64,000 nt of DNA, taken from positions 7,218-71,217 of the forward strand of contig JACKGO010000002.1 of the NCBI GenBank assembly GCA_020631975.1. The letters run 5' to 3'. The stretch's first letter is position 1. Every line of letters begins with the position of its first letter. Positions 19,746-27,876 of the stretch are shown one piece after another. Made by a program: the position numbers and the translations under genes. A model generated the notes under the pieces. The model worked only from the letters and a program-made list of their open reading frames with translations, made no database searches and was not told the origin of the DNA. This DNA comes from Candidatus Nomurabacteria bacterium (lineage in GTDB: Bacteria; Patescibacteriota; Saccharimonadia; Saccharimonadales; CAIOMD01).

Positions 19746-21233
19746 TTACCGTTTTGGCATGTATTCTGCCAGTACTTTAACTACATCTTTTGTATTCCAA
19801 CTACCATTTACACGTATCTTCCACTCTTTGCCTTCACCAAAAGTATCTACATCAAGCCCTGCTTCTTGCGCTTTTTTTACAGCTTCTTGTAAAGCGCTTC
19901 CAGCTCTATCACCATATGTGTTATGAGCGGCATCCCAAGGATAATTTGCTTTAGATTCAGCGAATTTTTCTTGTACACTTGTCAGATTACTGCTGTCTGG
20001 AGTTGATTCTATACCTGTTGGGGTTGCCATATCTGTACCACCCCCAGATCCACCAGTCGTAGTTGTAACCTCTGGGGAAGATTGCATAGATGGACTTACG
20101 TCTCCTAGCGAGCTTGCTTCAGGTGTCGGTTGAACAGAACCTTGTACCACACTAGGATTCGTCGTCTCAGAACTTAGTTCGGGTGTTGCCGACAAACTAG
20201 CGTCAGAGGGTGCCGCATCTGGGCTTACCGAATTATCAACACCAATTACTTGATCCGTACCGCCACTATCAAATCCACGCATTGCCATATAGGTACCCGC
20301 TACTACCAACGCTCCAGCCGCTATACCGCCAAGCAACTTATATCGTTTCTTGTTTTTTTCTGGCAGTTCTTTCCACGAGTTACTCATTTCAGCAAGCTTA
20401 GCCTTTGCAACAAGAAATAGTTTGGTCGGAACTTCTTTTACTTTCTGCATCGTCGTCTGTTCGTCTTCTTGGTCGCTAGTATCTACCTGTACAGAGTCAA
20501 ATGTACCTCCTGGTACCTTATCACCGTCACTAGAGTCAGCAACGATGCTAGTGGCGCTATCGCTTTCCCTACCACTATCTGCTACTTGAGTATCTGCAGC
20601 ACGTTCTTTAGAGTTTACATTTACTAGTTCGCTTTCTTGTATTCTCTTAACAAGTCGGTCATTAGTACCATCATTTGCCGGACGCGAGACTTTATATACC
20701 ACGCCCTCATCATTATTTATGATTTCTTCTACAGTCCATCCGTCTTCTATGACACCGCTCGTATGTTGAACACGCACAGAGTCACCTAACTCAAATTTAT
20801 TGGGAAATTCTTTATTTAACAATTCAGCAAGCATAGCATTTTGTTCAACTTCCCCTATAACTTCAAACTGACCAATGAATGATTTATACATATCTAGAGC
20901 ATGTTGCATATCTTGCAGACTACCGTTTTGACGAGCCTCGATAAAAATTTGCTGTAAATCAGCCCATTCTTCGTCTAGTTCTTCTTGTGCATCTAAATCA
21001 TCTTCTTCGGCTTCAAGAATCGATTGCTCGTATTCAGTATTATAGTCTTTACGTTCTTGGCTAGTGTGACCATATGCATTTAGGATATCTTCATGGCTTA
21101 AGTGCTTCTTCTTTCCAGTTTCAGGGTCAACACCGTATACATGAGTAGCTCCGTTTTTGTAGTTAGTTTGCTCGATTGTACTATATGTATCCAATACCAA
21201 CTTACTGGGTTCGTTTGATAATTTTTCTGACAT
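19746..21233 (-). CDS. Hypothetical single-pass membrane protein
   Basis: 495 aa: an acidic N-terminal region, one hydrophobic helix (LLGGIAAGALVVAGTYMAM), an S/T/P-rich linker and a small C-terminal domain. No recognisable motif. Confidence 0.5.
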   Translation of the reverse strand: MSEKLSNEPSKLVLDTYSTIEQTNYKNGATHVYGVDPETGKKKHLSHEDILNAYGHTSQERKDYNTEYEQSILEAEEDDLDAQEELDEEWADLQQIFIEARQNGSLQDMQHALDMYKSFIGQFEVIGEVEQNAMLAELLNKEFPNKFELGDSVRVQHTSGVIEDGWTVEEIINNDEGVVYKVSRPANDGTNDRLVKRIQESELVNVNSKERAADTQVADSGRESDSATSIVADSSDGDKVPGGTFDSVQVDTSDQEDEQTTMQKVKEVPTKLFLVAKAKLAEMSNSWKELPEKNKKRYKLLGGIAAGALVVAGTYMAMRGFDSGGTDQVIGVDNSVSPDAAPSDASLSATPELSSETTNPSVVQGSVQPTPEASSLGDVSPSMQSSPEVTTTTGGSGGGTDMATPTGIESTPDSSNLTSVQEKFAESKANYPWDAAHNTYGDRAGSALQEAVKKAQEAGLDVDTFGEGKEWKIRVNGSWNTKDVVKVLAEYMPKR

Positions 21234-21377
21234 GGCTAATAATTACCTTTCCTTAGGTTTCTTACGGTTGGAGTGTTATGGGTTTTTATGTTATTTACGT
21301 ATTACTATTGTTGTTTAAATAAATACTAGCATAAGAACATAAAAATGTCAATAGTCAAATAATAGGTGTAATGTTGG

Positions 21378-23147
21378 TTACAGGGTGCGTTCGTGGGTTT
21401 CGCTGGTGTAAAGTTCTATACGATCGCCTTCTTGTATGTCTAGGCGCGCAGTGGTTTCTATACTAATGCCACACATTTCGCCCTGACTAACGAGCTTGGT
21501 GTCGGTTGGGCCATGCTTTAAGTTGGTGACAACTAAATCTTTGGCAAGCTGCGTATCATCACGATAGATGTTGGCAAAGGCTGGTATGACAAGTTGGCCT
21601 TTTGTGACTTCACCACCACAAATGAGTTCAGTCTTGGTTGTTTTAAATACTCCCCGAACAACTAATCTACCCTGTTCTGTAATCACTTCTTCTGGTGCAA
21701 GGAGGTTACTCATTTCGGCGCGGGTATCGTCAATTAATTCATATATAACCTTAAACAATCTTACCCGTACGTTATCGCGCGAGGCGAGTTGCTTGACGCT
21801 TTGTGGCATACTTACATGAAAACCATAAATAATTGCATTACTGCTGGCTGCCATACGGATATCGTTTTCTGTTACACTGCCAACACTAGATCCAACAATG
21901 CGTATCGCAACCTCGTCTGTGTCTAGCGTTTTAAGGGCATCTACAACAGATGTCAAAGATCCTTGCACGTCTGCTTTTACAACAATATTTAGTTCTTGTT
22001 GTTTGGTTTTTTGGTTAATCAGCCGTATTAAATCTTTGCTCGACATGTTGCTACGCATGGCACTAGCGGCATGCGATATATGGTAAGCTTCTGCAGCATT
22101 CCTTGCTTCTTTTTCAGATGAAACAGTACTAAAACTTTCGCCAAATTCTGGCAGCGCCTTAAAGCCAATAATGACTACTGGTGTAGATGGAGGTGCCTGT
22201 TGTAATACACCATGTGTTGTAGATTCTAGAACACGTACTTTTGCATACGTATCGCCAGCCACTACAAAATCGCCTCGCTTTAGGGTACCTTGCTCTACAA
22301 GCGCAACAGCAATTGGCCCCTTGCCATGTTCCATGTGCGATTCTATAATCAAGCCTTCTGCAGGTACATCGGTATCTGCCTTGAGCTCTTCTATGTCTGC
22401 TACAAGTAGCACCATGTCTAGTAGTTTATCGAGGCCTTCTTTAGTCTTTGATGACACTCCTACAACAATAGTATTACCACCCCACTCTTCTGGTAACATT
22501 TCTTGTTCGGCAAGCTGCTGCTTTAAAAGCTCTATATTTGCGCCCGGTTTGTCAATTTTGGTAGCGGCTACAACCATATGCACGCCGGCTTTACGAGCAA
22601 ACCGTATCGCCTCTAGCGTTTGTGGTTTTATGCCATCGTCGGCTGCTATCACAATAATAGCTACGTCTGTTAAACGAGCCCCGTGTTCCCGCAAAGCGGC
22701 AAAGGCTTCGTGCCCTGGCGTGTCCAAAAAGGTAATTTTACGCTTGTTATGTTCTACTTGGTACGCAGATATGTGTTGGGTTATACCACCTGCTTCTTTA
22801 TCTACTACATGGCTACTACGAATAACGTCTAGCAAGCTTGTTTTGCCATGGTCTACATGGCCCATTACGGCCACAACTGGTGGTCGTTGCACCGCTTTAT
22901 CAGATACTTTGCGTTCGCGCGTTGCCAATGTCTCTGCCACAACGTCTACTTTTTTTACAACAAGCTCTATATCTAAGCCTAGTTCATCTTTAATTATCTG
23001 GGCTGTTTCAGCATCGATAGTTTCGTTTATAGTCACCATGATGCCATTCTTAAACAGCTCTGTAATTAGTTTAGATGCCGGTAAAGACAGCTTATCAGCG
23101 AGGGCGCCAACAGTAATTTGTTCGGTAATTTCAATCGTTCGTGCCAT
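21378..23147 (-). CDS. infB: Translation initiation factor IF-2 (short form)
   Basis: 589 aa with GTPase motifs GHVDHGKTS, DTPGHEAF and ATKIDK. Confidence 0.95.
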   Translation of the reverse strand: MARTIEITEQITVGALADKLSLPASKLITELFKNGIMVTINETIDAETAQIIKDELGLDIELVVKKVDVVAETLATRERKVSDKAVQRPPVVAVMGHVDHGKTSLLDVIRSSHVVDKEAGGITQHISAYQVEHNKRKITFLDTPGHEAFAALREHGARLTDVAIIVIAADDGIKPQTLEAIRFARKAGVHMVVAATKIDKPGANIELLKQQLAEQEMLPEEWGGNTIVVGVSSKTKEGLDKLLDMVLLVADIEELKADTDVPAEGLIIESHMEHGKGPIAVALVEQGTLKRGDFVVAGDTYAKVRVLESTTHGVLQQAPPSTPVVIIGFKALPEFGESFSTVSSEKEARNAAEAYHISHAASAMRSNMSSKDLIRLINQKTKQQELNIVVKADVQGSLTSVVDALKTLDTDEVAIRIVGSSVGSVTENDIRMAASSNAIIYGFHVSMPQSVKQLASRDNVRVRLFKVIYELIDDTRAEMSNLLAPEEVITEQGRLVVRGVFKTTKTELICGGEVTKGQLVIPAFANIYRDDTQLAKDLVVTNLKHGPTDTKLVSQGEMCGISIETTARLDIQEGDRIELYTSETHERTL

Positions 23148-23246
23148 TGCCTATGAGCTCCTTCCTCTTACCCGCAGGGGGCGCCCGCTCAATGTAGCGC
23201 CCCCAATTATTGTTGTTGTTTTAGCTACATAACGTTAGGGTAGCTG

Positions 23247-24308
23247 TTATGCATCTTTGAGGCTTAACGCAATTTTGCGAGCCTCTTTGTTAATCTCTAA
23301 CACTTTAAACTGTTTCTTTTCATCTAGTTTAAAGATTTTTTCTGGGTCTACAGCATCTTCTTCGCCATTGGTAATTTCTGATACATGTACCAATGCTTCT
23401 ACCGCGGGCGTAAGCTGCACAAACGCACCAAATGGTGTAATTCGTGTAATAGTACCTTCTACGGTTTGGCCTTTTTTGAACTGATCAACATCGTGTAACC
23501 ACGGGTCTTCAGATAACTGTTTGATACTCAGGCTCAGCCGGTCTTTATCAATGGCAATCACCTTAGCTTTAATAACTTCGCCATTTTTAACGTATTTACG
23601 TGGGTCTTCTACACGTTCCCAAGATATCTCAGAAATATGAATAAGCCCTTCTATACCGTCTACATTAACAAACGCTCCAAAATCTATGACACCTGTTACG
23701 GCTCCTTCTACAACGTCGCCAACATTTAGTTCGGCAAAACGTGCTTGCATGTCGTCTTTAATAGCTGCTTTTTCGCTAAAGATAAGTTTGTTATCTTTGC
23801 GGCTAGCATCTAAAATGCGTACTCTTAGTGGCTTATTAATAAGCGCATTAAGCTTTTGCAAGATTTCGTCTTTGTCTGCACCACTCACCCGTGGGTAGTG
23901 ATCTGCACTAAGTTGGCTTACTGGCATAAAGCCACGTATACCTTCTAACTCTATTAGTAAACCACCACGATTAGCATCGTATGCGGTTACTTCTATAACT
24001 TCTTCTGCCTCTGCAACGCGGGCGAGTTCATCCCAACCGCGGTCTTTGACAGCTTTTTTAAGGCTGAGTAGTGCGTGGCCTTCTTCCATTTCTGGGTCTA
24101 CCACACTGGCACTTACCACTTGGCCTTCTTCTAATTTTTGATTACCAATTTCTCGGCGCATGACTACACCAATGCCTCGTGGGCCTAGGTCTAGCCAAAT
24201 TTCATGCTTTTTTATGGTGCTGATAGTTGCTTCTACAACATCACCAGCTTTGAGCGCAGTCACTTCGTGCTGCGTTAATAGGTCGTCCATGGTTACCTTA
24301 GTTGACAT
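23247..24308 (-). CDS. rpsA: 30S ribosomal protein S1 (four S1 domains)
   Basis: Repeated S1 OB-fold pattern (G.VV.G.V......G..V.L). The ORF track starts at 24350, but the ATG at 24308 (MSTKVTMDDLL) is preceded by AAGGAG at 7 nt. Confidence 0.9.
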   Translation of the reverse strand: MSTKVTMDDLLTQHEVTALKAGDVVEATISTIKKHEIWLDLGPRGIGVVMRREIGNQKLEEGQVVSASVVDPEMEEGHALLSLKKAVKDRGWDELARVAEAEEVIEVTAYDANRGGLLIELEGIRGFMPVSQLSADHYPRVSGADKDEILQKLNALINKPLRVRILDASRKDNKLIFSEKAAIKDDMQARFAELNVGDVVEGAVTGVIDFGAFVNVDGIEGLIHISEISWERVEDPRKYVKNGEVIKAKVIAIDKDRLSLSIKQLSEDPWLHDVDQFKKGQTVEGTITRITPFGAFVQLTPAVEALVHVSEITNGEEDAVDPEKIFKLDEKKQFKVLEINKEARKIALSLKDA

Positions 24309-24460
24309 ATATTTACTCCTTATAGATATATTTCTGAGCCTCGTTAACAATGATCCGCCCGGACGTTAAGGCGTGCATCGTTGCCACCAAGAAAACAGAT
24401 TAGTCTTATTATACCGCATAGTCCCCTCTGTAGCAACAGAGGTTCACCCCTAACCCATCA

Positions 24461-25018
24461 GCCTATTCATACCTACTTTTCTCATCCAGCAAGAAAGGTA
24501 AACAAAAGTGCCTCGGCGGTTGCAGGCTCTTTATAGCTTCATTGTCAAACTAAACAAACAGCCTCCAGGACTCCTTTTAGTCGGCCCAACCAAATAGTAT
24601 AGATCAGGTTGGGCTTGGCTGTCGGCTTTCTTGTTGTTTATTTGCCATTCATCTATCAGGAGTCTACAAAGCCAACTGCGCCCCAGGGCGCATAAAAAGA
24701 AAATAGTTCATTTACCATCCGACAGCTGACGGATGGCTGGGTCTGGGCATATCCTCCTCGTACAGATTAGGATGATGTAAAACGTATCATGGCCAAGACA
24801 AAAAGGTGTTGAAGCCGGCTATTCATTGATAAATAAGAAAAAGCCGGAAAGTTCTTTTTGTGCCATGTGGGTTTTACTATCAGCCTAGTAAGATGAGGAG
24901 GCTGCCCAGCGCTTTTGTTACAACTTTTGGCGGTAAAAGTTGTACGTTACATAAATAAAGTAGAATAAGCTATTTGTTTACTTTTCTTGCTGGATGAGAA
25001 AAGTAAGTATGTATAGGA
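24461..25018 (+). ncRNA. Structured non-coding element R1 (bounded by ~50-bp inverted repeats; paralog of R2)
   Basis: No ORF of 60 aa or more. 24461-24511 is the near-perfect reverse complement of 24968-25018 (core TACTTTTCTCATCCAGCAAGAAA[A/G]GTAAACAAA). Many internal hairpins are present (GCCCAACC/GGTTGGGC, GCGCC/GGCGC, CCATCCG/CGGATGG, CCGGCT/AGCCGG). The 3' ~230 nt aligns with 26826-27150. The strand was chosen only because the element abuts the plus-strand ROK gene. Confidence 0.4.
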
Positions 25019-25051
25019 TTCTTTGTGTAGTACGTGTGGTAAGATAAAAGA

Positions 25052-25864
25052 ATGATATTAGCAATAGACATTGGGGGGTCAAAAACACTCATTGCCCCAT
25101 GCGACGAACAAGGTAATCCAGTACAAGAAATTAAGTTTCCTACGCCACAAAAATATAGCGATTTTAAAAAAGAATTGGCTGCTAACGTTGTGGCAATAAC
25201 AACTGATTATAATCTGGTAGTGGCTGCTGTACCTGGCAAGCTAGACAGGCAAAATGGCATTGCCCTTGCCTTTGGCAATTTGCCATGGAAGAACGTACCC
25301 ATTCGGGCAGATATCGCCAAAATTACTGGCAAAAAAACACTCATAGAAAACGATGCAAACTTGGCTGGTCTTTCAGAAGCAAACCGTATAAAACCACTAC
25401 CACACGTCGCGCTGTACATAACTATTAGTACTGGTATCGGAACCGGCGTCATTACAGACGGTGTGCTAGACCCTGACTTTTTTGACGCAGAAGGTGGCAA
25501 TATGCTGCTGGAACATGAAGGCAAATTACAAATATGGGAAAAGTTCGCAAGCGGCAGAGCCATTGTTGCAAAATATGGCAAACGTGCATCAGAAATAAAT
25601 GACCCAAAAGCGTGGCAAGACATAGCCAAGCTATTTGCCATTGGTATCGTAGATCTTACATGCGTTCTTGACCCAGATATCATTATTATAGGCGGTGGCG
25701 TAGGTACTCATTTTAAAAAATATGGTGCCTATTTACAGAGTTACATTAAAGAAATAACACCGGTGTTAGTAGCCACACCAAAAATCGTGCCTGCACAAGC
25801 AGCAGAAGAAGCTGTCGTGTATGGGTGTGCGGTACTTGCAAAACAGTATGCCCAGCGTAGCTAA
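25052..25864 (+). CDS. ROK-family sugar kinase (glucokinase-like)
   Basis: 270 aa, N-terminal ILAIDIGGSKT, ENDANLAGLSE, and a second phosphate motif IIIGGGVG. Confidence 0.85.
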   Translation: MILAIDIGGSKTLIAPCDEQGNPVQEIKFPTPQKYSDFKKELAANVVAITTDYNLVVAAVPGKLDRQNGIALAFGNLPWKNVPIRADIAKITGKKTLIENDANLAGLSEANRIKPLPHVALYITISTGIGTGVITDGVLDPDFFDAEGGNMLLEHEGKLQIWEKFASGRAIVAKYGKRASEINDPKAWQDIAKLFAIGIVDLTCVLDPDIIIIGGGVGTHFKKYGAYLQSYIKEITPVLVATPKIVPAQAAEEAVVYGCAVLAKQYAQRS

Positions 25865-26318
25865 TGTCTTATCGGTCCTAAAAACACAGTACCCTAACGT
25901 GAATTTTGTAAAGGGCAACAAGTTTGCGTGGTCGCCCAGTAATAAAACTGTGACCTACCATATAACCAATACAAATGATACGCAGTCTGCTTGGGCACTT
26001 ATACACGAGGTCGCCCACGCTAGCCTTAACCACATAGACTATAAAAGTGATGTCGATCTTTTACGACATGAGGTCGCAGCGTGGCAAGAGGCAAAGACCA
26101 TGGCGCTTGAGCTTGGTGTTCCTATAGATGAAGACCACATTCAAGATTGCCTAGATACATATCGCGACTGGTTACACAAACGCGCAACCTGCCCTTCTTG
26201 TACTGTTGTAGGGTTGCAGCGTAGTAACGGCACGTACGGCTGTTTTAATTGCCAAACCAGCTGGAAGGTCCCATCTTCGCCACTGTGCCGCGTGTCCCGC
26301 ACAATTGTCACCAGTTAA
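25821..26318 (+). CDS. Putative zinc metallopeptidase (HExxH, ImmA/IrrE-like) with C-terminal zinc ribbon
   Basis: LIHEVAHASLNH (HExxH) plus CPSC...CFNC. It overlaps the ROK 3' end; an alternative start is the Met at 25848. Confidence 0.55.
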   Translation: MGVRYLQNSMPSVANVLSVLKTQYPNVNFVKGNKFAWSPSNKTVTYHITNTNDTQSAWALIHEVAHASLNHIDYKSDVDLLRHEVAAWQEAKTMALELGVPIDEDHIQDCLDTYRDWLHKRATCPSCTVVGLQRSNGTYGCFNCQTSWKVPSSPLCRVSRTIVTS

Positions 26319-26825
26319 TTATGAATAGTTAGTATGGAATCATCTAGCGTCATTTAATAATTTGGTAGATTTCACTTATTAATACTTGTTTAAGCAACAA
26401 AACTGTCGAGAGGAATACTAGTACTCTTATCTATTTTTGTAATCCTACTTTGCATGCTATAGTAGGCAAACCACCGCAATGTATTCTCTTTCTTTGTCTG
26501 GTCAAAATACCCTATCCAACTTTATGCGCTAAAGTTGGGCAAAGCACCGGGGCTGCGTTTTACCTATGCGTGCACTATGGATAACTATAACAACTGCAAA
26601 AAGAATCCGTCAGTAGACGGACAGGCTCCACCCTAGCTTTATTACTTCAGATAATGGTGGCTTAACACCTTTTTGCTTATAAGTTGTTATTGTTACCGAT
26701 TGCATCCTGGGTAAAGCCGATGCCCCGGACCCCCATGCGCCACTTGTGACGCTTAGAAGAATACCTTCTTTGTTTGTGCCGATAGGCACAAAGGGCATCT
26801 TCTTTGCATAGTGATTTAGATGCCG

Positions 26826-27150
26826 TATTTATGACATGTCCAAGGCAAAAAGATGTTTGAGCAATTTATTCTGAAGTAAAAAGCAAATTGTTAGTTCTTT
26901 TTGCGATATGTCAGAAATACTGGCAAGTACGTCGTTGCAAAGAAGCGCCGAGGCTTTTTGTTACTTTTTAGCCGGCAGAAAAAGTAAGCAAATACTTTTG
27001 TGCCAATGTACTCATGTATCAATAGATAAGAACTGCGGTGCTACGCCCAGCGCTTTTACGCAACTTTTGGCGGTAAAAGTTGCAAAGGATCAGTCTAAAT
27101 ATGCTATTTTTATCCGCTAGCTGACAGACTGTTAGAAAAAGTAAGTAATA
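26826..27150 (+). ncRNA. Structured non-coding element R2 (paralog of R1 3' part)
   Basis: It aligns by eye with 24786-25018. The block GCCCAGCGCTTTT(3-4 nt)CAACTTTTGGCGGTAAAAGTTG (27045-27082 vs 24904-24942) is near-identical. Hairpins at equivalent positions have different sequences (CAATTT/AAATTG here vs CCGGCT/AGCCGG in R1; GGCATCT/AGATGCC vs CATATCC/GGAT(G)ATG). The only ORFs here are short and unconvincing. Confidence 0.35.
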
Positions 27151-27252
27151 ATTCTTGGAAAGCAGAGTAGAATTAAATGCATGTTTGAAATAATTGGTTT
27201 TAGCATAATTATATTGACTTTTTAGCAATAGCGTGTTAGATTAGTGTTTATA

Positions 27253-27295
27253 GAGGGTGTTCTCTGTCTATGCAGGCAGATGGCACTCTTTTTTT
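27253..27295 (+). terminator. Hairpin + T7 immediately upstream of the KGG gene RBS (terminator or attenuator)
   Basis: Stem TCTGTC/GGCAGA (27263-27280) with outer GAG../..CTC pairing, followed by T7 (27289-27295). AAGGGAGGA and ATG follow within 30 nt. Confidence 0.45.
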
Positions 27296-27321
27296 ATTTA
27301 GTAATCAAGGGAGGATACTAA

Positions 27322-27519
27322 ATGGCAGGTACAATAACAGGCGGTAAAAGTGCCGCTGCGACAAACAAGGCTAAATACGGCAAAGATTTTTATGCACGTA
27401 TTGGCGCAATGGGCGGCAAAAAAGGCACAACTGGTGGCTTTGCAGCCAACCGTGAGCTTGCTCGAACAGCAGGCGCAAAAGGTGGCCGTATTAGCCGCCG
27501 CACAAAAGCTACTAAATAG
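27322..27519 (+). CDS. KGG-repeat stress-induced protein
   Basis: 65 aa, ...GGKKGTTGGFAANRELARTAGAKGGRISRR.... Glycine/lysine KGG-type repeats. Strong RBS GGGAGGA. Confidence 0.8.
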   Translation: MAGTITGGKSAAATNKAKYGKDFYARIGAMGGKKGTTGGFAANRELARTAGAKGGRISRRTKATK

Positions 27520-27548
27520 TAATTTACATTACGTATTGAATAGCTAGT

Positions 27549-27581
27549 AAAAAACAGGATCTTTTTAGGATCCTGTTTTTG
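27549..27581 (+). terminator. Rho-independent terminator of the KGG gene
   Basis: AAAAACAGGATC-TTTTTAG-GATCCTGTTTTT: a perfect stem followed by a T-run. Confidence 0.75.
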
Positions 27582-27623
27582 CATTGTAGGCACTACGTGG
27601 GTACTAATTTTCTGGCAAAAGAA

Positions 27624-27661
27624 AAATGCAACTACCAGCTGCGAGATTAGTAGTTGCATTT
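27624..27661. terminator. 12-bp hairpin with T-runs on both strands (possible bidirectional terminator)
   Basis: AAATGCAACTAC...GTAGTTGCATTT. It lies ~215 bp downstream of the locus B stop on the minus strand. Confidence 0.45.
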
Positions 27662-27876
27662 AACTTTTTGAAATGTTTTTGTTTGTACTTACATTATTGC
27701 ACTGTAATGCTTATGGTGCAACACTTTTGCACAAAAATAGTGTTCACTTTTTTTTACCCCTGTAATTTCTGTGGATAAGTTTGGTAAAACTATACACCAT
27801 GCAACATATGTTTGAATAGCTCTGCCATTTTTATACTCAGCTTTATGCACACATATTAATAATTTAGTAGCCTATT

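Noticed and set aside
22171-23232. 353-aa plus-strand ORF antisense to infB, and similar long antisense ORFs over ftsZ (10760..11434), ftsA (12571..13107) and nrdJ
   Set aside because: The opposite strand encodes unmistakable conserved proteins. The antisense ORFs are serine/low-complexity-rich with no motifs.
26320-26830. RNase P RNA, tmRNA, SRP RNA or 6S RNA in the ~1-kb gene-free region
   Set aside because: There are partial minus-strand resemblances (GGGGGTCCGGGGC vs the GAGGAAAGTCCGGGC box; GGTAAAACGCAGCCCCGGTGC vs the GGUAAACUCCACCCGGAGC region). But no P4 partner (ACAGAA.CCGGCTTA-like), no tRNA-like end and no SRP GGAA/AGCA motif could be found. This needs an Infernal scan before any call.
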